Origin: Bacteroidales bacterium
GTDB taxonomy: Bacteria; Bacteroidota; Bacteroidia; Bacteroidales; NBLH01
NCBI GenBank assembly: GCA_050296515.1
Contig: JBNKRJ010000003.1
Location: 462-64,461, forward strand
Length of the DNA: 64,000 nt
Reading direction: 5' to 3'
Both the position numbers and the translations under genes were made by a program. The first letter of the stretch is position 1. Every line of letters starts with the position of its first letter. The notes under the pieces were generated by a model, which did not search any database, was not told the DNA's origin, and saw nothing but the letters and a program-made list of their open reading frames with translations. This document shows positions 26,968 to 37,298 of this stretch, in pieces.

Positions 26968-28632
26968 GTGCTAAATCATTTATCTGTAAAAAACTATGCT
27001 TTAATTGACTCAGTAGAAATTGATTTTACTGAGGGTTTGTCTATTATTACCGGAGAAACAGGGGCAGGTAAATCAATTTTATTAGGTGCACTTTCGTTAA
27101 TTCTGGGTCAAAGAGCAGATGTTAGCGTTTTAAAGGATCACGAAGTTAAATGTGTTATAGAAGGCAGTTTTTCAATTAACGGATATTCTTTGCAAGACTT
27201 TTTCAAACAAAATGAAATAGATTACGAAGAAGAAACTGTTTTACGAAGAGAAATAAATCCAGCAGGAAAATCCAGAGCATTTATAAATGATACACCCGTT
27301 AACCTTAATACTTTAAGAGAATTAAGTCTTAAACTGGTCGATATTCATTCTCAACATCAAAACCTTGATTTAAACGAATCTGTTTTTCAGTTGTCTATCA
27401 TTGATACTTATGCTGGCAACGAAGATATAAACAAGGAATACAACGAAAAGTACAAGCAATACAACGAAGCATTTAAAAAACTGGAAAAGTTGAAAGCCGA
27501 AGCCGGTCGCTCAAAAGATGACTTTGAATATTTGCAATACCAGTTTGATGAACTTGAAAAGGCAAAGCTGAATGAAGGTGAACAGGAAGCATTGGAAAAT
27601 GAGCAAAAGCAGCTAAATCATGCTGAAGAAATTCAACGGAATTTATCAAGTATTTTCAACCTGATTTCTGAAAACCCTGAATCTGTTATTTCAAGCTTAA
27701 ACGAATCGTTAAAAGCGGCAAATCAGATTGTTAAATATTTGTCAAGAATAGAATCACTGGCAAACAGAATTGAAAGCGCTTATATTGAAATTAAGGACGT
27801 AGCTTCTGAAATTGAATTACTTGCAGACAAAGTTCAGTTTGATCCTGATAGATTTGAACTGGTAAATGAGCGCTTAAATTTGATTTATGCACTTCAGCAA
27901 AAGCACCGAGTTAATTCTGTGGAAGAACTTATTGAAATAAGAAAAGATCTTCAGAATAAATTAAATGATATCGAATCGTTTGACGACAGATTGAAAGAGC
28001 TACAGGCAAATTTTGACAAGCTCCATAGTAAACTCAAAACCCTGGCAGATAAACTTACCAAACGAAGAAAAGATTCGTTTCGAGGAATTGAAGATTATGT
28101 TATTTCTCAACTCAACCTATTGGGCATGCCTAATGCTGTTTTCAAAATCTCTGTAGAAGAATACGAAAATTTCAGACTCAATGGCAAGGATAAAATTGAT
28201 TTTCTATTTTCTGCCAATAAAAACGGAAATATTCAGGATATAGCAAAAGCGGCTTCTGGTGGTGAAATTTCTCGATTAATGCTGAGTATCAAATCTTTAT
28301 TATCACAATCTTCTGGTTTACCAACCATTATCTTTGATGAAATTGACACAGGTGTTTCTGGGGAAATTGCAGATAAAATGGGAGGCATTATGTTAAAGAT
28401 GTCTGAAAACATGCAGGTATTAAATATCACACATCTCCCGCAGGTTGCAGCTAAAGGAAATACGCATTATCTTGTATATAAAAACGAAGAAACGGAATCT
28501 ACAGTAACTCAAATAAAAAAATTAAACAAAGAAGAGCGTTTGAATGAAATTGCTAAAATGCTAAGTGGTGAGAATTTAAGTCCTCAAGCACTTGAAAATG
28601 CAAAAGTTTTACTTGAAAATCAGTTAAATTAA
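26968..28632 (+). CDS. recN: DNA repair protein RecN
   Basis: GTG start. Walker A GETGAGKSILLGAL, long coiled coil, and C-terminal signature ASGGEISRLMLS...IFDEIDTGVSG. Confidence 0.92.
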   Translation: MLNHLSVKNYALIDSVEIDFTEGLSIITGETGAGKSILLGALSLILGQRADVSVLKDHEVKCVIEGSFSINGYSLQDFFKQNEIDYEEETVLRREINPAGKSRAFINDTPVNLNTLRELSLKLVDIHSQHQNLDLNESVFQLSIIDTYAGNEDINKEYNEKYKQYNEAFKKLEKLKAEAGRSKDDFEYLQYQFDELEKAKLNEGEQEALENEQKQLNHAEEIQRNLSSIFNLISENPESVISSLNESLKAANQIVKYLSRIESLANRIESAYIEIKDVASEIELLADKVQFDPDRFELVNERLNLIYALQQKHRVNSVEELIEIRKDLQNKLNDIESFDDRLKELQANFDKLHSKLKTLADKLTKRRKDSFRGIEDYVISQLNLLGMPNAVFKISVEEYENFRLNGKDKIDFLFSANKNGNIQDIAKAASGGEISRLMLSIKSLLSQSSGLPTIIFDEIDTGVSGEIADKMGGIMLKMSENMQVLNITHLPQVAAKGNTHYLVYKNEETESTVTQIKKLNKEERLNEIAKMLSGENLSPQALENAKVLLENQLN

Positions 28633-28643
28633 AGAGTCAGCTC

Positions 28644-28880
28644 ATGATGCCCCCGGAATGTTGTATCTGCCACAAAGATTTTCCACCTAAAGAAGGCGGG
28701 CTGATCTACTTTAAAGAGACTGAAGTGGATATTAAATTCAACAAACGATTTGAGGAACCAGGTTTTGTAGGGCATCCTTCAAATGCATTCTGGTTTTGCA
28801 AAAAACATTATAAAAAAGCAGCAGAGTTAAACAATTTAACAAAAGAAGAGGCATTTAAAATTTTAAAAACTATATTTTAA
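28644..28880 (+). CDS. small hypothetical protein
   Basis: 78-aa ORF starting 11 nt after recN. Contains CCICH...CKKH Cys/His residues. No family recognised. Confidence 0.5.
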   Translation: MMPPECCICHKDFPPKEGGLIYFKETEVDIKFNKRFEEPGFVGHPSNAFWFCKKHYKKAAELNNLTKEEAFKILKTIF

Positions 28881-29214
28881 CCAATTACCTATTAACCTTC
28901 ATAGAAAATTTTCTCCAAAAAAACTAGGGGAAAATTAAAAATTAGTTGTCATAACTTAAAAAATAAAATAAGCGTAGATTTTTGTTGCGTCAAACCTAAA
29001 AGTTGAGTACTAAAACTATGTTAATCCAAATTAAGTAAATCAAATGATAATTTTTTAAAACTAAAAACAAAAACCGGAAACTATCAGCATCAAAATAAAT
29101 ACCCTTTCCCAAAAATACTTTACATAACCATATGATTTTTTGGCATAAATGATTGAGTGCATGGAAATTATTTGTGTTTTTTTTGATAAAAAGCTGGTTA
29201 CAAACTTGAAAACT

Positions 29215-31569
29215 ATGAAAAGAAAATTAATTGTGTTGTTGGTTTGCCTGAGTGGGTTTTGGGCAAATGTGATGTCGCAATCCTTTACGCTTAGTGGCTA
29301 CGTAAAGGATGCTTCAAATGGTGAAGAACTAATAGGTGCAACAGTTTATGTTGACGAAATTAGATCCGGGACTGTTAGTAACACCTATGGTTTTTACTCC
29401 ATTTCCTTAAAAAAAGGGAAGTACCATATTAAAGTCGCATACCTTGGGCTCCAACCAATTGAGTTTGAGGTTGACTTAAATGAGTCAACAAGTAAAAACT
29501 TTCAGATGAAGTCTGATGACAACGTATTGGATGACGTTGAAGTAACGGCTGAGAGAAAAGACAGGAACATCAAAAGCGTTGAGATGAGTGTAAACAAGCT
29601 CCCGATGCAAACCATTATGAAAATTCCTGCATTAATGGGCGAAGTTGATGTTTTGAGGACAGTGCAAATGTTACCTGGCGTTCAGACAGTTGGTGAAGGA
29701 AGCGTTGGTTTTTACGTTCGTGGAGGGAACGTTGATCAAAACCTTGTTTTATTGGATGAGGCTACAGTTTACAATGCGTCTCACATGATGGGCTTTTTCT
29801 CCGTGTTTAACCAAGATGTGATTAAAGATGTAACTCTATACAAAGGAGGTATTCCTGCACTTTACGGTGGCAGGCTTTCTTCTATCCTTGACATTAGGAT
29901 GAAAGAGGGCAATAAAAAGAAGTTCTCTGGATCCGGTGGAATTGGCATTCTATCAAGCAGGTTAACTCTTGAAGGACCTATTATTAAAGACAAAGCTTCG
30001 TTTATTGTTTCAGGTAGAAGAACCTACTTCGATTTAGCGTTTCCATTAATGAATGATTCAATAATAAAAAAGAGTGCAGCCTATTTTTACGATTTAAATG
30101 CTAAAGCTAACTGGCAAATTAACGAGAACAACAGGTTGTTTATTTCCGGGTATTTTGGCAGAGATGTTATGAAAATTGGTGGCAACTTTCAAACAGATTA
30201 TGGAAATCGTACTTTGACTACTCGTTTTAACCATCTGTTTAGTCCTAAAATATTTTCAAACCTCACTTTTATTTACAGTGTTTTTGATTATGGGATGGGA
30301 GTACCTGACGGAAATCAGGGATTCGATTGGCAATCGGGCATCGATGACATATCTCTAAAAAATGATTACACATGGTACATTAATACCCGAAATACCTTAA
30401 GATTTGGAGGGCAAGTTACACATCATACATTCCGCCCTGGTAAGATTGAGCCAGTAAGCAGCGAAAGTATCTTTAATACCCGAGAATTAGATCGCTCTTA
30501 TGCATATGAATACGGTGCTTTTATAGAAAATGATCAAAAGTTGACCGATAAACTTACTTTGCGATATGGCTTAAGATTTTCAGCTTTTCAAAATATTGGA
30601 CCTTATACCAACTACATTTACAACACAGAAGATCCTCAAAAGTATGTAGTTGCTGACTCAACAGTTCATAAGGATGGTGATTTATTCAACACATTTAACG
30701 GACTGGAACCAAGATTAAGTGCCAAATACGAAGTAGATCCAACCAGTTCGATAAAATTAAGCTACAATCGCACATTCCAATATATTCACCTGACATCCAA
30801 TACGATGGCTTCTACACCTTTTGATATTTGGTTTCCAAGCAGTCCAAATGTAAAACCAGAGCAAGCCGATCAGATTGCATTGGGTTATTTTAGAAACTTC
30901 GATGAAAATGAGTATGAGGCTTCACTTGAAGTATACTATAAAAAAATGCAAAATAGCATTGATTACGTAGATCATGCGCAATTATTGCTAAATAAAAATC
31001 TTGAGGGAGAGCTGAGATTTGGCGATGCTTATTCTTATGGCGTGGAATTTTTATTAAAAAAACAAACAGGTCGGTTCACAGGATGGTTAAGTTACACTTA
31101 TTCAAGGGTGTTTAGAGAAGTTCCTGAGATTAATAATGGCAAAAAGTATCCAGCAAATTATGATAAGCCGCATGATATTTCATTAATTCTCTCCTATGAC
31201 CTTACTGAAAGATGGAATATCTCAATGTCATGGTTTTATTCAACCGGAGCAGCCAGGACAATGCCAACAGAGCGCTTTGAATACGGAAACACAGTTGCTC
31301 CTGTTTTCTCAGAGAGGAATACTGCCAGGCTCCCCGATTATCATAGAATGGATATTGGAGCAACTTATAATTTCAGTAAAGTTAAAAAAGATGGCAGCCC
31401 AAAATGGTTTCATAGTAGTCTGAATTTCTCTGTGTATAACGTTTATAACAGACACAATGCTTTTTCAATACGATTTGAACCGGAAGACAATGTTTGGTAC
31501 CAAATGAATGCTACTAAAACTTTCTTATTCAAAATGATTCCATCTATAACTTACAATTTCCACTTTTAA
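29215..31569 (+). CDS. TonB-dependent receptor with an N-terminal carboxypeptidase-regulatory-like domain
   Basis: Signal peptide MKRKLIVLLVCLSGFWANVMSQ. CarboxypepD_reg-like FTLSGYVKDASNGEELIGATVYV. Plug region, then a beta-barrel ending ITYNFHF with a terminal Phe. I place the start at ATG 29215. Confidence 0.9.
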   Translation: MKRKLIVLLVCLSGFWANVMSQSFTLSGYVKDASNGEELIGATVYVDEIRSGTVSNTYGFYSISLKKGKYHIKVAYLGLQPIEFEVDLNESTSKNFQMKSDDNVLDDVEVTAERKDRNIKSVEMSVNKLPMQTIMKIPALMGEVDVLRTVQMLPGVQTVGEGSVGFYVRGGNVDQNLVLLDEATVYNASHMMGFFSVFNQDVIKDVTLYKGGIPALYGGRLSSILDIRMKEGNKKKFSGSGGIGILSSRLTLEGPIIKDKASFIVSGRRTYFDLAFPLMNDSIIKKSAAYFYDLNAKANWQINENNRLFISGYFGRDVMKIGGNFQTDYGNRTLTTRFNHLFSPKIFSNLTFIYSVFDYGMGVPDGNQGFDWQSGIDDISLKNDYTWYINTRNTLRFGGQVTHHTFRPGKIEPVSSESIFNTRELDRSYAYEYGAFIENDQKLTDKLTLRYGLRFSAFQNIGPYTNYIYNTEDPQKYVVADSTVHKDGDLFNTFNGLEPRLSAKYEVDPTSSIKLSYNRTFQYIHLTSNTMASTPFDIWFPSSPNVKPEQADQIALGYFRNFDENEYEASLEVYYKKMQNSIDYVDHAQLLLNKNLEGELRFGDAYSYGVEFLLKKQTGRFTGWLSYTYSRVFREVPEINNGKKYPANYDKPHDISLILSYDLTERWNISMSWFYSTGAARTMPTERFEYGNTVAPVFSERNTARLPDYHRMDIGATYNFSKVKKDGSPKWFHSSLNFSVYNVYNRHNAFSIRFEPEDNVWYQMNATKTFLFKMIPSITYNFHF

Positions 31570-31579
31570 TCGGATAAAA

Positions 31580-32431
31580 ATGAAGAATTTAATATATATA
31601 AGCATTATTTTACTGTTGGGGCTTTATGCATGTGAAGAGCCTATTACCATTGACCTTGAAGATGGAGGAAGCAACAGACTTGTTGTGGAAGGTTCGATAA
31701 CCAATGAAAATAAAATTCATGAGGTTATTTTAAGCAGAACCGGAGCGTATCAGTTAAACGATCAAACTCAAAGAGAACTGAATGCAAACGTTATAATCAC
31801 TGATGGAGACACCATTATTAATTTGTATGACAATGATAACAATGGAACTTACGAAACAGATAAAGAACTTGCAGGGAAGGTTGGTCATGCCTACACACTT
31901 GAGATCACTCTTGCAAATGGTGAAGTTTACACAGCAACTGATACAATGCACTCTGTTGCACCTTTAGATTCGATATCATATGAATACAAAAAGTCAGACA
32001 TCCCATTTAGCAATGATTACATCTATGGTATTAACATTTATGTACAAGAACCACCAGAGCCTAATCAATATTATCAATGGGAAATGTATTTTGATGGAGT
32101 GCATCAAACGGACACTGTAAACACAAAAAGATTTGAATCAGATGAAATTGTAAATGGTACCTACTTTAAAGAATGGACAGTTTTTGAGATAGAAGAAGAC
32201 AAAATTGATAAAGAAGAAGTTGAGGTTACCTTACAGATGCTTTCAATCAGCGAGAAAAAATATGATTTCTTATTAGCAATAATTTTAGAAACAGACTTCA
32301 GTGGTTCAATGTTTAGCGGTCCACCTTCAAATATTCCTGGCAATGTTTCTAATGGAGCACTAGGCTTTTTTAGTGCATCAGCAGTCACTGAAAAGACTGT
32401 ACTTGTTAAAAAGGCGGGGAAAGTACCCTAA
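31580..32431 (+). CDS. DUF4249-like lipoprotein, the usual partner of this receptor class
   Basis: Lipobox LLLGLYAC. Starts 10 nt after the receptor gene. The family call rests on the common receptor + DUF4249 pairing and needs an HMM check. Confidence 0.7.
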   Translation: MKNLIYISIILLLGLYACEEPITIDLEDGGSNRLVVEGSITNENKIHEVILSRTGAYQLNDQTQRELNANVIITDGDTIINLYDNDNNGTYETDKELAGKVGHAYTLEITLANGEVYTATDTMHSVAPLDSISYEYKKSDIPFSNDYIYGINIYVQEPPEPNQYYQWEMYFDGVHQTDTVNTKRFESDEIVNGTYFKEWTVFEIEEDKIDKEEVEVTLQMLSISEKKYDFLLAIILETDFSGSMFSGPPSNIPGNVSNGALGFFSASAVTEKTVLVKKAGKVP

Positions 32432-32453
32432 AGGATTACATTTTACAACTTTC

Positions 32454-32490
32454 AAAAGATGGATGCTTGTTTTTCAGGTATCCATCTTTT
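32454..32490 (+). terminator. rho-independent terminator
   Basis: 'aaaagatggat' (32454-32464) pairs with 'atccatctttt' (32480-32490) around a 15-nt loop. The T-run forms part of the 3' arm. Confidence 0.6.
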
Positions 32491-32583
32491 GAATTATAAT
32501 TCCTATTACTAAATTTGTAAAGAAAAGAGATGAAATCTACTAAGCTGAGTTGCAAAAAATAGGACAAAACAGGACTTAAACAA

Positions 32584-33144
32584 GTGGAACCAATTACAAA
32601 ACAATTGTTATTTTTAATCTTTATTTTTACATTTTACAATTGTAATACTTCGGAAAGTACCACTCATAAAAACGAAGAAAACATGGATAAGCAAAACATT
32701 ATATTGAACTTCACTTTAAGCCGCAGAGAAACAAGTAAAGACTCTAATTCAGAAACAGTTAGAATTAAAATATCCAAAGAAAAACTTCTTTTCGAAAGAA
32801 AGTTTGGAGGTTTTAGAGCTCCTAAAAATGAACGTTTTGAGAAAAAAATTAATCTTGAAAAGCTAAATTTAATCTATGAGTTCATCAAGGAACATGATCT
32901 CAATAAAGATTTAAATGAACAAAAGGAAACTGAGGGAACAGGTGTTGCAGGATATATTAAAATAGAAATTTTTCAACCGAAAATAACAACAATTATAATT
33001 GAAGGAAAAACCAGTATTTGGGGTTCAGATGATTATATTGAAAAGTATTGGGGAAAAGAGTTTGTTGAGTCAAAAACGAATATTGAAAACAAGGAATACT
33101 TTGATAAAGCCAGAAGTTTTGTAAAATTTATTGAGAAATTGTAA
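32584..33144 (+). CDS. hypothetical lipoprotein
   Basis: GTG start. N-terminus LLFLIFIFTFYNC is lipobox-like. K/E-rich with no family recognised. Confidence 0.6.
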   Translation: MEPITKQLLFLIFIFTFYNCNTSESTTHKNEENMDKQNIILNFTLSRRETSKDSNSETVRIKISKEKLLFERKFGGFRAPKNERFEKKINLEKLNLIYEFIKEHDLNKDLNEQKETEGTGVAGYIKIEIFQPKITTIIIEGKTSIWGSDDYIEKYWGKEFVESKTNIENKEYFDKARSFVKFIEKL

Positions 33145-33148
33145 AATA

Positions 33149-33484
33149 TCAATTGTCTTTATATCCGACTTTTAAAATTACAGCCCAAACTAATAATCCC
33201 CAAACCCATAACACTGCTATATAAATTATTTTAAAGGAAACTGAAGAATTAATGGCATCCTGCAAAAAATAATTAACTGCCCCAGCAATTAAAAAACCCA
33301 GCGACCAAAGCAAACTGGCAATTATGTTGGCAGGCCAAACCCAGTCGCCACTCCACTGATTCATAGAAGGGTATTTAAACCTTAATATTGGAGAGACAAA
33401 AAGATAAACCAATGCACCAACAAACCCCATGGTAATAAACGATACAACTAATGCAATTATGAATGCCCAAACTGACCAACTCAT
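33149..33484 (-). CDS. small integral membrane protein (about 4 TM, Trp-rich)
   Basis: 111 aa with hydrophobic segments WAFIIALVVSFITMGFVGALVYLFV, IIASLLWSLGFLIAGAV and IIYIAVLWVWGLLVWAVIL. Confidence 0.65.
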   Translation of the reverse strand: MSWSVWAFIIALVVSFITMGFVGALVYLFVSPILRFKYPSMNQWSGDWVWPANIIASLLWSLGFLIAGAVNYFLQDAINSSVSFKIIYIAVLWVWGLLVWAVILKVGYKDN

Positions 33485-33548
33485 GATGTTTTTATAATTT
33501 GTTCAAAGTTATCAAAAGCTTTATTTTTGACAGCTAAAATTAAAAAAG

Positions 33549-34718
33549 ATGCCACTTATAGAAATAAATATTGCAAAAGGAAAAAAAAAGAATTATCTGC
33601 TTCAGTTAATGAATGAAACGTGGAGGTGTAGCATAAAGAATTTTAAAGGGATTGGTTTTTGGTTAATACTTGTTTTGTTCCTGGTTTCAGCCTGTCAAGG
33701 TTACCGCATTGTAGTTGACGACTCTTCGAGAGATGTGGTTAGCTTTAAAATCAACAACGAAATCAGGATGAAAGCTTTCGGCCTGATTGCTGAGTTTGAG
33801 CAAAAAGTAAATGACAGCACCTATCATAAACAGTCGGTTTTGAAAAATATCAGTATGCATGATGTGTTTGAAGATTTACGCACCATGCTCGATTATCCAA
33901 ATTCGACTATAATTGGTAATTCAGGACACTACTGCAGTGTGGCAGCTGTGCTTAATTGGTTATTAAACAATCAGCCCGAAAAATACACCAAAGCTGTTCT
34001 TGAATTAACCTACTACGGAGAAACAAGCTTTGAAGGTGGTAAAATGAAGGTTCCTGAAAAACTCCGTAGTAAAATTGATTATAGTATTGTTGACACAGTA
34101 GACTTTAAGGTAGTAAGAAAAGATATAGAAACCACAAGCATTTCTGATTTCGTTTTAGGAGTATCGTTAATGTATGCCGAAAAGGGATTACAGCGGATTG
34201 GTATGCTCAACCGACATGCTTTATTTAATAAGAAACGACCTGGTGCATTTGTATTTGCCATTACAGGTCCCTGGGAATTAGATGATTTATTTGCCCGGGT
34301 TGATGTTAAATTTAAGGAAAAGGGATTTTATTTAAGCGACAAAGAAAATATCGAAACCTTAAAAATGGTTGAAAACGCTGTAAATGAAGGAAAAATGCCT
34401 GTTGTTTTCGATAATCACATCATTTCTTTCGGACAGCGACAAAATGCATTGTATGGGTATACCGGAACTCATTACATTACCATTCATTACATTAAAGTAG
34501 ACTGGGAGAACGACATTGTTGACTATTGCTACTGGGACTATGGTCGGGTAAAAAATAATCCGTTTAAAACAAGGACCATTAAAGCAAAACCTGCAAACAC
34601 TATTTCGGGCACAGTAAGAAAAGTTGAGCGTTTTAAGAAAAAAAATGTGGTGCAAAAACGAACAATTACTACAAAGGAGTTTTTAAAGGCCATGAAAGGG
34701 TATTGGATACCTGAATAA
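33549..34718 (+). CDS. lipoprotein with a putative papain-like (C39-like) Cys/His peptidase core
   Basis: Lipobox LFLVSAC. Candidate nucleophile context GNSGHYCSVAAVLNWLL. Candidate His context YGYTGTHYITIHYIKVD. An alternative, more likely start is ATG 33609 (MNETW...). Confidence 0.6.
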   Translation: MPLIEINIAKGKKKNYLLQLMNETWRCSIKNFKGIGFWLILVLFLVSACQGYRIVVDDSSRDVVSFKINNEIRMKAFGLIAEFEQKVNDSTYHKQSVLKNISMHDVFEDLRTMLDYPNSTIIGNSGHYCSVAAVLNWLLNNQPEKYTKAVLELTYYGETSFEGGKMKVPEKLRSKIDYSIVDTVDFKVVRKDIETTSISDFVLGVSLMYAEKGLQRIGMLNRHALFNKKRPGAFVFAITGPWELDDLFARVDVKFKEKGFYLSDKENIETLKMVENAVNEGKMPVVFDNHIISFGQRQNALYGYTGTHYITIHYIKVDWENDIVDYCYWDYGRVKNNPFKTRTIKAKPANTISGTVRKVERFKKKNVVQKRTITTKEFLKAMKGYWIPE

Positions 34719-34777
34719 TTTAGAAGTAATGAAACTATACTCATATCTGTTATCTTAGCAAAAGATTAAGAAAAAAT

Positions 34778-35188
34778 ATGAACAAATTTCAAAACGTAAA
34801 ATTAAATAATATTGATGAGTTTCTTGATTATTTACCTGATAATGAAAGAGAAATAGTTGACTTCCTACGAAATATTGTTTTTAACAGTCTGCCAAATCCC
34901 ATTGAAAAACTTTCGTACAATGTGCCTTATTACTATTTGAACTCAAGAGTGTGTTTTATTTGGCCCGCTTCGGTTCCATGGGGCAAAGTAAAGAAAAATG
35001 GTGTTCTGCTTGGTTTTTGTAATGGCAACTTATTGCATGATGATATTGACTGGCTGGAAAAAGGCGAACGTAAACAGGTTTATACCAAAACTTTTACAAG
35101 CATTGATGAAATTGAAACTGATATTGTAAAAGCATATCTTTTTGAGGCAGTTGAAATTGACCATAGATTAAAATCACCAAAACGCTGA
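34778..35188 (+). CDS. DUF1801 (YdhG-like) domain protein
   Basis: 136 aa. IDEFLDYLPDNEREIVDFLRNIV...LSYNVPYYYLNSRVCFIW matches the DUF1801 pattern. Confidence 0.65.
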   Translation: MNKFQNVKLNNIDEFLDYLPDNEREIVDFLRNIVFNSLPNPIEKLSYNVPYYYLNSRVCFIWPASVPWGKVKKNGVLLGFCNGNLLHDDIDWLEKGERKQVYTKTFTSIDEIETDIVKAYLFEAVEIDHRLKSPKR

Positions 35189-35590
35189 ACCTTTTATCAG
35201 AATTTGAATTTTCCCTAATCTATAGATCAACTATTCCAATTCTTCTAAAATATCCCAGGAAAAGAAAAATTGCTTGCCTTAAAACTAATATTCCTCATTT
35301 CCAATGCTTAAGACATTTCTCAATCTCGATTTTGTTCTGCTAAAGAATTTTCAATTTATTAAGTCAATGATAAAAAAATAAGATAAATTTGCGAATTGAT
35401 ATAATTCTGAATCAATGCTCTTGCATTTAAGTTTTGGGAGATAAATATTTTTACTACGACACAGTTTGGCGTTAAACTATTTTAATCTTGCACCCAATTA
35501 GAGCGGTAAAAATTATTTGAGTATGTATACATTTATAAAACAAAATTTTTACCAATAAGATTATTTAAATATTAACTAAATTTTCACAAA

Positions 35591-36526
35591 ATGGGATTTT
35601 TTGATAAACTAAAGAAAAAAGCCAAAGACGCTGCTGAAAAAGTTCAAAGCGAATTTAATGATCAGGAAGAAACTGAGAAACAAATCGTTGAAGATGAAAT
35701 TGATGATGAGGAAGAGTTCAATGAAGATGACGATGATGTTGATGTGACAAAAATGCCTAAAGGCTGGGAAAACCTTTCAGATGATGAAATTTTAGGTAAA
35801 CTTGGTCCGGTTGCATTAGAATATAATCAACGAGGTGAAGACGAGAGCTACTTAAAGGAACAAGGTTTTGAAAACGAAGACCACCTTATGGGCTTTACTA
35901 CTTATTTCCAAAATATGGTTGCCGAAAAACGGGGCATTAGCATACTTGAGCTGGTAGGTCAGATTACACAGGCTACACAGAAACATATTGTTAGCAATGC
36001 TGAGACTATGAAAGGCGAAGGAGGCATAATGGAACCTGTTGAAGGCATAAGCTGTGAAGACTGGGCAAAAGTGAATGCTAAAATTGCTTCAGGAGCATCA
36101 GTTGAAGATTCAATTAAGATAATCGGCGTTGATTTAGCCAAATGGGATATTGTAAATAACGAATGGATGACAAGAATGTCAAACGACACAACATTTACCA
36201 TTTCCCAGATTTATGGAAATGCATTTAATGCTTCTGCTACAGGCAACTTAGGTGGTACATCTGATATTAATGAAGATAATTTTCCATATGAAAAATATGT
36301 TGAAGTTATGGTGGCACAGGATAAATTAACTGCCATTGGAAAAGATCCCCAGTTAATCCTTGCGTCATTCGGACTTTCTGTTGTTGATTGGTCAAATGCA
36401 AGCGCATACTGGAGCCAAAAGTTTAATCAAAATGTTGAAAAATATTATCAACAGTATACTGAACTTACCAAGAAGTTTGAAGAGAAATACAAATCAGGCA
36501 GTGTGCATGATGATATTGAATTCTAA
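35591..36526 (+). CDS. uncharacterised acidic protein (first gene of a 3-gene operon)
   Basis: 311 aa. N-terminal amphipathic MGFFDKLKKKAKDAAEKV, then the acidic tract EDEIDDEEEFNEDDDDVDV. Trp-containing segments EDWAKVNAKIASG and VVDWSNASAYWSQKF. No family recognised. Confidence 0.7.
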   Translation: MGFFDKLKKKAKDAAEKVQSEFNDQEETEKQIVEDEIDDEEEFNEDDDDVDVTKMPKGWENLSDDEILGKLGPVALEYNQRGEDESYLKEQGFENEDHLMGFTTYFQNMVAEKRGISILELVGQITQATQKHIVSNAETMKGEGGIMEPVEGISCEDWAKVNAKIASGASVEDSIKIIGVDLAKWDIVNNEWMTRMSNDTTFTISQIYGNAFNASATGNLGGTSDINEDNFPYEKYVEVMVAQDKLTAIGKDPQLILASFGLSVVDWSNASAYWSQKFNQNVEKYYQQYTELTKKFEEKYKSGSVHDDIEF

Positions 36527-36540
36527 ATCAATGTTTAATC

Positions 36541-36578
36541 CTCAGATTTACAATCATTTATCCGATTGCAAATCTGAG
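36541..36578 (+). other. intra-operon hairpin (attenuator or processing-site candidate)
   Basis: 'ctcagatttacaatc' (36541-36555) pairs with 'gattgcaaatctgag' (36564-36578): 15 bp with one A-C mismatch and an 8-nt loop. No U-tract. Confidence 0.5.
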
Positions 36579-36630
36579 AATTGGCTAAACTTAGTCATCA
36601 GAATACTTTTGTAATCAAGCCTATTCTATT

Positions 36631-37284
36631 ATGAATGAAAAGGAACAAATACAACTATTGAAAGAAATTGTTGGAGATTTTGAAAATAAGGTTGCTGAAA
36701 TCACCCAAACTGCCTTAAACTCGCCTAAAGGAGGAGACACAAATTGGTACAAGCTGGTTGAACAATATGATATTGAACCAGCTACTGAGAATCAAAAAAA
36801 TGCTTACTATTCTAAAGGAATTCCAGTTTCGAAAGGAGCATTGCCAACCGAATTACGGAATGTTTTCAAATCTCTCAGGTACAAAACGATAAAAAAATAT
36901 CGAAACAAATTTGACAATATTGAGCTTTTTATTGATGCTGAAATTTTCTGGAATGATTTCGTTATCAGACTGAAAGATTTTATTGAAGATGAAGTAAGTG
37001 CATATGTTGGGAAAATAAAGCAAGCAGTTAATGTTTCCAATATTTTTGCCAATGCTTTTTCTGGAATGAATAGATATTCAAATAACTTAAACGAGTCTGG
37101 CTTAAATACAAAAAAGTGCAAAAGCTGTGGTTCTCCAAGACAAGACGAAGACCAGTATGATGAATGTTATTTTTGTGGTACACTCTTATTCGAAACTGAA
37201 AAAATTGAGGCACAATGTAAGGTTTGTGGCGCGCCAAAATTTATTGAGGATCAGGGCAAAGAATGTCAGTTTTGTGGCAACTAA
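36631..37284 (+). CDS. uncharacterised protein with a C-terminal double zinc ribbon
   Basis: 217 aa. Helical N-terminal part, then four CxxC pairs: CKSCGS...CYFCGT and CKVCGA...CQFCGN. Confidence 0.7.
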   Translation: MNEKEQIQLLKEIVGDFENKVAEITQTALNSPKGGDTNWYKLVEQYDIEPATENQKNAYYSKGIPVSKGALPTELRNVFKSLRYKTIKKYRNKFDNIELFIDAEIFWNDFVIRLKDFIEDEVSAYVGKIKQAVNVSNIFANAFSGMNRYSNNLNESGLNTKKCKSCGSPRQDEDQYDECYFCGTLLFETEKIEAQCKVCGAPKFIEDQGKECQFCGN

Positions 37285-37298
37285 AGTTTAATGGAATT

